DNA of 62,046 nucleotides. It comes from Klebsormidium nitens. Lineage: Eukaryota; Plantae; Klebsormidiophyceae. How positions within the stretch are numbered: the first letter of the stretch is position 1; each line of letters starts with the position of its first letter. A model generated the notes under the pieces. That model ran no database searches. It was not told where the DNA came from and saw nothing but the letters and a program-made list of their open reading frames with translations. Location: positions 1-62,046 of the forward strand of contig DF237482.1 of NCBI GenBank assembly GCA_000708835.1, read 5' to 3'. Below are positions 11,401 through 23,785 of this stretch, in pieces. Position numbers and translations under genes: made by a program.

Positions 11401-14371
11401 CCACGCGATCTGCTGCAGCTTGTCAAACTTTATATCAGTCCCTACAAGTACGCTGCGCGCAATCGTTGAAGTATACTACAGCGCTCAAGGTAATAAAAGC
11501 GCCCGGCTGAAATGATTCTGTCGCCGCAAGCGGAATCCGCTCTGTCCGCTCGATCCCCATCCGCATCCGCTCTGTTTTCCTCTTTCTCCGTCGCAAAACA
11601 TGCACCCTGCCGTATCGTCATGATCAAAATCAGGCGCCCCGTAAAAACGGTTTGCAAGGCTCTCGGCCAAGAGTGTTCCAGATCCTAGCTGCTGCTTGTA
11701 ATATTACCGTGCGCAAGTGAACAATCTGCGTAAAAGTCAGCAGTTTCCTGGCCCCATAGCCTGCTTTTGAAAACCCTGCCAGTGTCTTATGTTCCCTTGG
11801 GATCCTCCAGGCTCCTGTTCCGGTCCCGACTGCCGGCTCGGAAGAGACGAGCAAGAGTTCTGGTACACCTATCCGCCCTCCCGGTACGAACCAACCGGGG
11901 CGTTTAAGGAGGTGAGCTCCTTTGGATTCGTTGTCAGGTTAGAAATGCATCTTATCCGGGTGCAAGCCTGGCGAGAGATTCCAGATGATTTTTAGAGCTT
12001 TACTGGAGGGTCATTAGCGCCATGAATGGAAACGTAATCGAAGGCGTAGTGAGATGGGTGAGGTTAGTTAGGGGGTTAGGGTGGGTATGTGCGCGGAGCG
12101 TGTAAAGTCGAAGTTTGAACATTGTTTCAAATTTGCTTTTCTTTAATTCGAAGGGGCTCACCTCCAGGAAATCGAGCCTTTTAGAGCAAACTGCTCTGCG
12201 TCTCGCTTACACTTCTGCAGCAAAACACCCTTCCAATCCATCCACCTTTCCGTTCCGCGCGAGCGCAGATCCGGCTCCTGATCGACGGAACGGTGGTCGG
12301 CGTCGTTTGGCCGTTCCCGGTGATCTTCACCGGGGGCTTTGACCCGCGGCTTTGGTCGCCCATTGTGGCAATCGGGGCGTTCAACGCACCCACGACTTCC
12401 GTTGACGTTTCGCCGTTTCTGAGCGTTTTCAACGATGGGAAGCCGCATACTTTCACGCTCGACATGGGCGAGACCGTCGGGAAGTTTTGGCTCGTAAGAA
12501 TTGGTTTGCTCAACTTCGGGCTGATTCGCAATTTCTTACATGCTTGGATCCAGTGACCTAGGTAATGGTCAACAGCCAAGTGATATAAGCTGAACCGTGC
12601 GGGTTTACAGATGCGGCCTCTGATTAGCTGCGTGCGCGCTCGGTTCGGGTTGCCGTTTCACGCTTCACAGAATATAGGAGATTGTCGTCATAGCAAAAAG
12701 TCTTAACTGCTTAACAGAGCAGCAGGAAAGACCAGCAAGAAATAAATTTGTTCTGAGGAAGTGAGCTCCAGGCGGCCGGACTTGCGCCGTTCGCAGTCTT
12801 CGTGCACTTCTTTAAGGCGCGTCTGAAGCTGTGGACCTTTTAAGCCACACGCGAAGACAAACCGTTACGAGCTTAGAACGGTTTGTATTGAGTAACTTAT
12901 TATCCTACACTTCTTGTGGAAACCTGACCGCCCTCTCTTGCGGATTCAAGTCTCCAAACCTGCACAAAACGAAGCGCTCAACAAGCAACATTCGAGGGCT
13001 ATAAGTGCTAGCCTTACGCTGATCCCGCGCTAACCCTGCACTAAGCGCTTCCTTCTGCACAACAGGTGGACGCCAATTTGCAGCTCTACCTTGACCCCAA
13101 CGCAACGGAGCCTCTTTTCGCCGTTCTAGAAGAGTATGACGTCACACCGGAGCCGCAACGGCTGTCCAAAACAGCCCAAAACGTCTCACTCGACGTCAAT
13201 GAAAACGTCACCCGGTTTCGGGTTACTGCTAACCGTACGTTACGAGCCCGGGGATCCGTAGTGACTTCCGAAGGAGACGTCTTGACCACAACGGTTAGCG
13301 CCCATTGAGAGGACGTGTCCTACTTAAAGATGGGCAGAATTGCTCGATGTTGTCAGGCTGCGGTAGGTCAGTCAGATCTTCTTCGCAAGACACTGACGAA
13401 AGTCTGAGCTGCCGAATGGTAAAAGGTCCTTGGAAAAGCGACGGATCAAAGCCGCGGTTAGCAGGCTACTCGCCCTGATTTGTCTGGACTTGTCTGGTTA
13501 AATTGATTCCTCTGGTTAACTTGAACGTTCCATCTGTCAGACGAGCAGTTAAATTCCTTCAACTTGGCCTGATCCATCTGCTATGATGCTCCTGAAGACA
13601 GATTCCGCCAGATTAAATTGCTTACCCGAAACCTGCTGTTTCCTTCTTGCAGATAGGTGAAGATTATGGGTTTGTTAGCGAGCAAGAAGTCTCCCTAGAC
13701 GGCAAACGCGAAGCGTGGAAGCAGCTCACGACTATCAAGTCTGAACTCGAGACTTTGTCCGTCAGAGAGCAGTTAGCGACGGTTTACTACCGACGTTCCG
13801 CGAGGTTTGAGTATCCAATCAAGGGATCCGCTGAAAAGTAAGTCCCTGTCTCTTTCTCCAGGTTCGAGGACGAGTAATTGTTGACGACAAGTTGAGTCCG
13901 CACAATTAACTCCTCTTGAGTTGTTCCTCTCCCGATCAGTAAGAAAAGTGCTCTCCATGCTTTTGTGGTGAAGGTTTCTTTGAATGCTACAATTTCTCAA
14001 GCCCCAAGGCCAGCTTGGAAATTAAGCTTTTCAAATTCAATGGTCGTCTAGGTTCGCTAGTAGTTTGTCCTTCTTCAAAGTCGAAACTTGCTTTGCACAA
14101 AATTCAATCTTTGCGTTCATGCAGGAACCAGAGTTTCATCGATCACTCCTTCCTTTCAAACATCAAGATCTTTCCCATGCCGAACGAAGCGGTCACTGTG
14201 GCAAGCGTCAGCAATCGTCAAGTAGTCCAGACTGTGCCAGGTAGTAAGAAGCACTTTTCTTTCAACGAGTTAAGATCGTTCGATACAACCGCGCGTTGTT
14301 ACTACAGAACTTTGGTCTCCTATCTCGGGCGGGGCTTTCTGAGTGACTTGGTTTCTGCAACTGGATGTTGA
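8481..14371 (+). CDS. Peptide-N4-(N-acetyl-beta-glucosaminyl)asparagine amidase A (PNGase A family), secretory, ~627 aa
   Basis: 12 phase-compatible exons: 8481-8723, 9070-9205, 9609-9763, 10221-10337, 10806-10944, 11130-11166, 11419-11489, 11811-11911, 12269-12493, 13066-13293, 13653-13837, 14125-14371. Family motifs GRQFDRLAGVWVGGVE-ILRTSTAEP, EFWY, WPFPVIFTGG.DP.LW.PIV.IGAF, C-terminal CYYR; hydrophobic N-terminal segment; many N-x-S/T sites. Confidence 0.93.
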
Positions 14372-15162
14372 TGCTTCGAAGCAGCTAAGCGACTGCCTTG
14401 AGGACTTCTTGACAACTTATGTATAGAGTGAGACCTATTAGACAGCCGAGCTCTTTTGTTTTGTGGTTTCAAAAGAGTACTTGAGAAGCCAGATTCCGCA
14501 AGCATCATATTGAACATTGCACGAAAACTTTCCATAAAGCTACGGAGTGCTTTCGATTGGGCACCAGTTCTCGGCACGCGGCGGACCGCCAAGCGGATGG
14601 CCTGGTATGCGTAGTGGTTGTGCATGGTTTTGGGAATACAGGATTGAGAAGCCGTCATTATCATTCCCCTATCTCGGGGGCCGTTAATATTGCTTTCGCT
14701 GCGCTGCGACGGCCAGGCTATGTATTAAATTATGCTCATCAAAGCATCCATGATTACTGTCACTACATCCAATTCCAAGCAACCGCCAGAAGACCAGCAC
14801 CCATACGACGTATGTTTCCGACCGAAGTGCGGACTCAGAATCATCCACCAAGATACACATCCCAGCTCACTACCAGTATCTTCTTGGATTCTTTGGAGCA
14901 TCATTGAATTATTCTTAAAACGCTTAGACAACCATCATTTAACAGTTCTGCAAACGTCGTGGCCGAAGCTGTCGAACTACAGAGCTGATGCTGATCGCAG
15001 TATGAGATCCAGGCAAGCCGTATGTGATGCTACATGCTGGATGCATTGCAAAACAGAGAATCTTATAAACTTCCTCAGCCAAGCATGTACATCTGATTCT
15101 CTCCTTCCTTTTCTATGATGGTGGTTATCACTGACCCTGTAAGGACCAGCAATCCTTTACAA

Positions 15163-18100
15163 TCACTTCTGCCGGTGCTTCTTTTGGGCAGCCTGTGTAG
15201 CAAAGACAGCGTCCGCTTTCGACGAACCTTCCCTTCTCGAGAGCTGGATAACGGTGTCACTGAACATCTGGAACGACCGGTTGTGGCTGACGCAGAGCAC
15301 TTGGCTCTCCTTCGAGATGACGTCCTAGAAAAAGCCAGCGCACGAGGGGTCAGATCCAAACAACCTCTTTTCTTCCTGACCACCGGCGTCTGAATCAAGC
15401 TTTGGGATTGCAAGGTCAGTAGCGCCAGTTATACGACGATCTCGACTGCCTTGAGACGTGCTGAATTCATTGAACGACACTATCACTGCATGGAACTCGG
15501 ACCAACCCTTAGGATGAAAAGGTTCTGAGGCAGGAAGGAGCGAAGGCTCTCCCCCCGGCTCTATTCAATCAGATCAGGGATTCATGCGGTACAAGGGAAA
15601 GAAATCTAGTGATTGAAAAACACATAACAAGCAGAATTAACACTTTAGACTGCAATATTGAACGTGGTGCTGGGCTTGCCTTGATGAGCGCAGCAACGCG
15701 CCTCTGGTTCTGCTCGTCGAGAGCGGCATCGACTTCGTCCATGATGTACAGGGAGCTCCGCCCGTTCATGGCGACCGTCAGGATGAAAGCGAGGCTGAGC
15801 ATGGTGCGCTGGCCGCCTGCAGGTTTGAGGAGGCTTTAGAAGCGCAGCTCTGATGATTTGATCTCTGAGCGAGCAAAAGCCCTCCTTACTCAAAGCCCGT
15901 TGCTGATATCTGAGAGAAGAAGGTGATGCGTGCGCTCACAAAAATTCAGCGCTCGTGAAGTCCGAGTGAACGTCCTTGATTAGCTCTCTCTTTCGTCTGA
16001 AGACAACTTCGTCATGAGGTGCGGATCTTAAAAGCACCATATTTCACTGCCACAATGGAACCAACATTAGACCTATGACATAATTCTAGGCGCCGAAGGG
16101 CTGCTGAACCATGAGTATGAATCTGACCCTACGCTTGCATAAAAGTGTGAATCCAGGCGTGCTGGTCTCACCTGACAGCTCTCCCAGGTTGCTCTTCCAC
16201 TCCGAATCTTGGTTGCAGCGCCCGGTGGCTACGCCCGTGCTTGCGTTCTGGAAAAGAAACTTCACCCCGTCCTCCACGTGTTCCTTGACCTTCACGAGAT
16301 CAACCCTGCATGCAGAAGGGGAGGGTCAATCTGAGAGGCTTGATAGAAACGCCGTTGGGCCTGGATAACGTAGGGAGTGTGCGGTCTTCTGGACGATATA
16401 CCATAGAAGCTAAGACGCTTGGTGGATTCGGGCTTGCAACGTGAGACAAAAGTGGTGCACCTGGTTCCTTTAGTGTTTGTGTCCACCGCGATTCTTTGTA
16501 AGTCTTTCAGATTTAGCAGACTTCCCAGTCATCAAAGGGAAAATTGCAATCTTGTTCTTGACCCCATTTCTTCAGCCTACCTTTTGTCTGGCAGCAGTGA
16601 CTTGCAGCAATCGATGAACATAGTCCTGATACTCTTGAAGGTCGCCTCGTTCGCCTTCTGAACCTTGTCGCGCGTCGTGCGGATGCCCTCATTCAGTTTC
16701 TCGATGGACACCAGTATCGACTCGGCTCTCTCTTTGAACACCTGCAAAATAACCCTGTGACTTTTCCGATGCACACTAAGCCCGTGGCTGAGCTACTCTA
16801 CTGGCATGTATTTAAGGCTCTCAAGAAGAATCAAAGGTTTGAATGAATCGTTTGTGATACTAGAACGAACTCTTCAGAATTCAATCACATCCATGGACAG
16901 CTAAGCCAGGTCGAACTTCCAATCTTGCGGAATGTAGCCGTGTCACTGAATACCCAGGTCACTAGCGAGCGGCCAATCAGGCGTCTACTGAAGAATCCAA
17001 CAGGATAACGCCGTCGCGCGGAGATAAATATGAACAACAAACCAAGGCTTACGACTTGACAGAGGTCGTCGAAGGAAGTGAGAGAGTTGATGAAAGAGAA
17101 TTACCTGCAGGTTTTCCACGCGCTCTTTGAACGCCACTTGCTCGTCCATCGTGACCCGCTGCTGTTCCCCTGCCAGGCGTTTCTTCTCGCTTATCAGGTG
17201 GCGCCGTCGTGCCTTTGCTGCCGCATACTGTTTCTCGTCTTCGATGGGATCCTTGAGTTTTAGGGCTTCTTGGTCGTCCTGCATCGATGAAGTACGCTGA
17301 CACATTCGAAGTGCAAGGGAATCCGATGTTTGTTATAGGAAGGTCCGGCTAAACACTTTACAATACAACGAACATGAGTGAGGCTCCCAGCGCTTGCACA
17401 TATAGGCAAGTCAGATGCAGAACCATAAACAACACATGTCAAACGCAGGGATTGATCTGGGCAGGGCTTTCTGAACTAAAAATGAGCTTACCTCATGTTC
17501 GTTCGCTAGCTCCGCAATCTCCTCTTCCAAAGCCTTTCTCTTCTCTGTCAGTTGGCCCTTCTGCTTCTCTAGCTTTTCCGCCGCCTTTGAGCTCTGTCTG
17601 ATTGCTTCTTCGCACTCTTGCGCTCTCCTCAGGGCCACTGCCCTGTCCTCCAACATCTTCTTTCGGGCGACCAGTTGGGAAGCTTGGAGCGCTTCGACGC
17701 GCGCCAGGTCCTGTCGGTGAGCTTCGAGAGCCGCGGTCGTGCTTCGAATGCGCTCTTCTGAGTTGGTATCCAGGACGACGCTCATCTGTAAAACGGACAG
17801 ACCAGAATTGGATAAAAAGCTGGCAATTCAGTGGGATCGATGCAGCAGGATCTCCATGATCCAAGAAACAGGATATCGCTCCGGCTGAGCATTCCGATTT
17901 CACTGAGCCCAGGACTTTCAAAGCTTTACCACAGATGATGAGGGCGTTGATTGGCTTATTAAAGACGTTTACTCTTGAGACACTTCTACAGATATCATTT
18001 ATCGTGCTTTCTAGTTCCGTCCGTTGGATCCTGCATCCTATCAAGTTTCGGAAAGACTCGGCTCCTATTCCGGGTGTTGAAGATTCCTTGTCGCATCAAT

Positions 18101-21100
18101 GAAAGCTTTCGATGCATTCCCGGTCCCACTGAAGGCGCACCTCTTCCCTTAATGTAGCTTCCTCTTCTCTCGCTTCCTCCAGTTTGCGCAGCACTTCGTC
18201 GACCGCGTTCTGCTGCGCCGTCTCCTCGTCCACTGCGGCCTCCAGAGCTTTTGCAAATGCCTCCTCTTCGGATCCAGCCTCTTCTGACGTTTGGTAGTCC
18301 CGGAGGCGTGCTTGTTTGGTCGTGAGATCTTGACATAGAGACTCCAGCTTCTGCTCAGACTCTTCTTTGGATAGCTTCGCTTGGAAGAGCGCGACCTCCG
18401 CATGACTCAGCTGCGTTTGGATGCAACGGACGACGGTAAATTTTGGGGTTCCAAGGATACCTTAACTTGACATGGCTCCAAAAACCTCGTCAAACGGAAA
18501 TAAGGTTACGTAAACTTCATCGAGCTGATCTCTTCACCTTCCATCTTACAAGGAGTTTACCTATTTCTGGTTGATTACATGATGGAACGCGGTTCGAAGC
18601 AGCTTCAGCCACAAATACATGCTCCCTTCAGTAGAAGGCCAGATAAACAGGGGCAAACATGATTCATAAAAAGCTGTCTTAAACTTTTTCTACTCGATAC
18701 GAAACGGGAGATTGCCAGGTTGTGACAGTAGGTTACCTGGTCAATCTCTTCTTCCTGCGCGCGCACGCGCGCTTCTTCCTCGACCGCTTTCCGAGCAATC
18801 TGCTCCTGCGCTTGGCGAAGATGCTCGATTTTCTGCATTGGAAGATTGAGTAGACTTCAATGACCACGACTGTGTCACCAGCCCGGTTTGTTGGTTTATT
18901 TTTGGGCATTTTAAAATTTTAAAACAGGCAAAAGTCAAGTGACCACAAAGCAAGTAAACTTCATGTAGACCTTGACGTCGGAAGCGGTTTGCAAGCGAGA
19001 TTCTCGTTTCAAGGTCAGAGTAGAAGGCAGAATTATGTTTTTTAACAATCTGCTCGATCACGCTATGAGTTGGAGCTGACCTGATCGAGTTCGCCAGACC
19101 TCGTTTTGGATGTCTCCACTTCACGCCACAAGGAGTCGCACTTGATTTTGTTGCCAATGAAAGAAGTCCCGGACGCTCCTCGCCAGCCCCCCTGCACTGA
19201 GCCCGATCTGCTAACATTGCCATCCAACGTCACGTTCCACAGCCCGTGCTTCGAGATCAGGTCGCGAGCTACCCGATCGTTGGCAGCTATGACGTAACCT
19301 CCGAAGGCCTTTTTTAGAGCCTTGGAGAATTCAGGACTGAAATTGAGAAGGTCGAGCGGAAGGGTTACTTCGCCGGACTTGAAAGATTCCTGGGCCTTTC
19401 TCTGCTTGTAAGCGACATCAGGGCTTGTCAGGCGGTCGAGCGGCCAGATGCGCCTGAAAGGGCTGTCGCGAACGGTGGACTGCCAGAGCTCTAGCAGCCG
19501 TCCAGCGTCCGGGGTGGTCCTCACGACGCAAACATTTTGAAGCGACCCTGCAGAAAGATTCAGAGTCGTGTTAGCAAACATTTGAAACAATGGAAATCCA
19601 TATTGCTGCTCTAGGTTGAATATTCGAGCATGAAAGAGGCTGGTCGTGAACAAGGACCAAATTGGATGGACGTATCATCTTTACGTTCCTTAATAACGGA
19701 TTCAATTAGAAATTTTAAGCAAACTTCGCACAGCCTAGCTGGTCATGAGGATATGCATCAGCCCGCTTCTTAAACAGCCGTACAAATCAGTTACGAACCT
19801 GTGATTGCGCTCAGGGCTTCCAGGTACTGCTCGCATTGAAGGCGCTCCTCGGACTTGAAGCGGAAGAGTGAGTGTAAGCTCCACGCCGGAGTCTTTGCCT
19901 CGTCGCCGCTCAGCCTGCCAAGTAAGGCAGAAGCCACGCAAGCCTTTCTTTCTGTCCCCTCTTTGAGCTTCTCAAGCTTGTCTCTCTCGTTTGACAGGCG
20001 CTCCAGCTCAGCGTCAAGCTCGGCGCGCACATTCATTTCGTTCGAGCGCTCGTTATCGAAAATCCTGTTCCGCTCCTTGCTGCTCCGTACCTTCTCGCGG
20101 AGCGTTTCTGCCTTGAATTCTGCTGCTGTTATTGCGAGAGCAGCTTCTTCCACCCTCTTTGCTTGATCCTTCTTGATGATCTCTGCCGCTCTTATTTCAT
20201 TCTCTAGTCCGTTGATGATGTCTTGGATATGTCCTTTGCTTCCGCCTTGAGATCCGAGCCGCGAAAGGCGCTTCAAGTCTTGCTCCATGCGTGAGACAAT
20301 CTCCTGCTTCTCGTCAAGAGCCCGCAATGCTTGCTCGTGAGCTTGATCGAAGCGCTGGACTTGAAGTTGGACAAACTGCAGCTGCAACTCCGCTGTCGCT
20401 CCCTGCAAAGAAGGGGCGATGTTGAAGTCTTTTTTGATGCCTTCCCGCCGTGAGATCGGTCGGGATTCTCGAAGGTGGGCACACAAAGCAAAACATAATT
20501 AATATAGGGAATCTATTAAGGATCTGACATATCGTCAAATGATTGATTCGGAGCCGTTTTATGAGAGCTGGGACCTACTTGTACAATGGTGCATGAGGGC
20601 TGAGACAGAAACACATCAAGTTCGTCCAGAGATTGATGTAACGGTGGAAAAATCTCCCTTCTAGTCACGGGGCGGCTCACCTGTTCCAGTCTGCGTTTCT
20701 CGATTTGAAGCTCTTCCTCTGCTTGAGTCACCTTCTGCAGGAGCTCGACTCGCTCCTTTGCCACGGAGTTCGTATCTTCATCCTCGTTGCCTTGAGTGGC
20801 TGCGGTTAGCTTTTCTATCGCGTTCTTTTCCTCTAGCCATCTCGACTTGTCCTTTTCCGTTCTGGATAGTTGCTCATTAGTGTCGTCCGTGTCCTCCTGG
20901 AGGCTGGCGAGCTTTCTGAGGGCGTAATCTTTCAACCGAGTCTGTACGCCTTCTAGATCATGCTCGATCTGCATTTCAGAAAAGGTGTCTGGTTCAAAAT
21001 GCACTTTGTTTCACAGATAATCGGACCGGAAAGTCTGATGCTTCTTCGACTTCCCAAAAAGCTCGAAATGAGAAGCTTTCATGCAACAAAATCGAGACTC

Positions 21101-22676
21101 AAACTGCAAGTTTGTTTTGTTACCTGCTTTTTTCGATCCATCGCTCGCACTCTTTCTTCGTCCAACGCAATAGCCTTTTCCAGGAGAGAAACATTCTGGT
21201 TGATAGCGGCGAGACTCTTGCGTGTGTTTGAGATCTCCTCGACGGCTCGGCTGACCTCCTCGTCCCAACGCCCAGCACCTGCATTTTCTCGCCCGCTGTA
21301 TCAATATTGATCTATTTAGGCTACGCGGTGCTGGGGGATGTTGAGGTAAGCAACGTCCCTAGCTCTTTGATGCATGTAATTTGATAAAATATCAATATGT
21401 CGTTCTTCGGCTTATGCACCTTGCGACAGGTTCAATGAAGTCGTTTCAATTTCATTCTGACAAGAAACCTCGAAAAGTAATCTCAGAATGACAAGTGGTT
21501 CGCTTACCTGACGCGCTCGATATTACAGAAGCAATGACAGAGGCAGAGTTGTTGTCGGCTAGCTCCGTTACTTTAGATTGGTGCAGGACTGCAAAAGCGT
21601 CCTCGAGCAGTAGGTGGCTGTCCCGTAAGAACTCCTAAAGAAGGAAAGAATCAGAGTCAACTCAGCTGTGTACATATTACCAGTCGGAGAAGCAGTCCAC
21701 GACATCAAGTGTACACATCGTTCGCATGCCGGCCAAAACAAAAGAGAATAATCAACTTCGCGCTAGCTCTCCACATGAAACCATCAGCTGATGTGTCCAT
21801 GTTGAACCTTGACCTAGTATCGGAAGTCCTGATTACCTTGACATCTTTCATGGTCTTCTGCTTTCCATCCAACTTGTACTGTCTTGTTGAATCTGGTAAG
21901 ATACGAGCCTCCAGTGTGAAGATCCTGAGGCTCTCTCCTGTGCTCTGGCTTGCAATCTTGAGCTCCACCTCACACGGCTCATCCGTATCCGTGCTTTGCA
22001 GTTCAGAAAGATGCTGAACTCGCAAAGAAGCTGGCTTTGCGCATAGTGCGAAGGACACGGCATCTGCAGAAGAGTAAACGACGAAGCTGCACATCTTTTG
22101 TTGTCCAGCTTTTTGATTGAAAGGCAGAAACTCACGCATCCTCAGCTACCTTGGAAACAATTATATAGCGGATTTTGGGAAACACAATGAGATTTGTCAG
22201 TTACTGATGTATGTTTGAGCAAGACCTATAGACTCAAATCCTGCAAAAGAATGTGTCCACAGAGACCTAACATATGACTGGTCATAACAGCCCTTTCCGA
22301 TTCTCACCGAGAACGTTACTTTTCCCAGCTCCATTGGGCCTGTACGCAGAAACTCCAATATCAAGAAAACGTAGCTCAGGAGTTGCAGATTACAGTTCAT
22401 CCACAGCTCATGGAAATTGCAAGGCAAGCTGCAGATCAGCAGATATGCGTTTCTCAGTCTGCGCAGTTACTGAGCAGTGACCTCAAACGACCCTCAGTCA
22501 CGATAATTGGAGATAGTGGTCTACCTCTGACCCCATTTCCTTTGTACTCACCCAGCTATCAGATTGAGCCCAGGGCCAAAGCCAAAATGCTGCTTCGTGT
22601 CTCCAAACGACTTGAAACTAACAACTGTGATGGACTTGATGTAGACTTTTGTGCCAGTCCCTTGTTTTGGCGACAT
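15163..22676 (-). CDS. Divergent SMC-family ATPase (closest to SMC2 in C-terminal head), ~1150 aa
   Basis: 16 phase-compatible exons (descending): 22676-22552, 22339-22308, 22063-21837, 21634-21508, 21278-21124, 20968-20681, 20402-19799, 19547-19081, 18832-18737, 18410-18141, 17785-17492, 17278-17105, 16741-16581, 16305-16172, 15816-15680, 15324-15163. Walker A GPNGAGKSN, Q-loop HQSKV, hinge VTLDGNVSRSGSVQGG, signature WKSNLGELSGGQR, Walker B YIMDEVDAALD, H-loop SQVLCVSHN, two long coiled-coil arms. Confidence 0.93.
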
Positions 22677-23785
22677 GCTGAAGCTGTGAAGTAAGATGTT
22701 CTCTGATTGACAGGCAATGCCCTGCGCCCAAATCAACACTGCTTCCACCCAAATCCCACCTCATCTAGCGCGTTGATTGTAACTCGAAGTCAGCTACCGA
22801 CAGATTTTGATGCGCTCAGCCTCATGAGGCCTTGTTCGAGTCCTGCCACGGGGCTCTGCAGGCTTCTCTAACTTCCATTCACGCCAAAGGCGGACTTCAT
22901 GTGATCAGGCTGGACTCAGGACACTTCACTCTAATCTTATGTCTGCATCTTCTCCTGGCTGGCTACTCCTTGAGCTGTCTTTTAGAGCTTCAAATGGCTT
23001 CATGCCCTGATACAGCCGATGCCAGCTAGAAACTTATGCATGTTGACCATGTTCATAATCACCAGGCCAGTCGGAGATAGCTTATAGAAAGCTACGTATC
23101 TGCAGAATACAAATCTTCCGAGCTGGCACCCTCCGATTTCTGACTTCGTAACTCTATGTTGCAATCACATGCCATGCATGCCCTTGAGACACATGTTGCG
23201 CGGTGGCGTCAAGCCTGAAGTTGAGCGACTACTAATGTATATAAAGACTTTCATAGCATAGCTTCACGACGCTTCATGTCATCAAAGTCTTGCTAGCTTA
23301 GCTCAGGCTAGCTGGCTTTCCTTGAGTTACATGCCCCTAGCTCTCATATGCCCGACTCATTAGTATATGTGCCCTAAGTGACGTTCATCTTGAGGCGTGC
23401 GCAAGATGCTGACGGCAATCATGCACGTGTGATCGATCCGTTGCTTGCAGTACATTCGATCAACGACTCACTTGCCAGCATGTTGCGGCACGGATTGCCA
23501 GCGCGCGCCTGAAGTGCTGCAGACGGTTTCGAGTTTGCGAGATGATTTAGCATCAAACAACTGTTGTCAAACAGCAGGCTATCATCTGGTCAACATGCAT
23601 GATTGAGCAGCTGGCGTGTCGGCTATATTATTCCCTGCAGGGCGCCACCTGGTCCGCAATCAGCAATTGCTAGCGTGATGATGGCTCCCAGAAACTATGT
23701 CTTCTTGCCAGTGACAATGAGTGCACACAAAGTCAGTGTACTTTGGGCGACTTAGTTAGACACAAGGGAGACTACTTATCAAATC

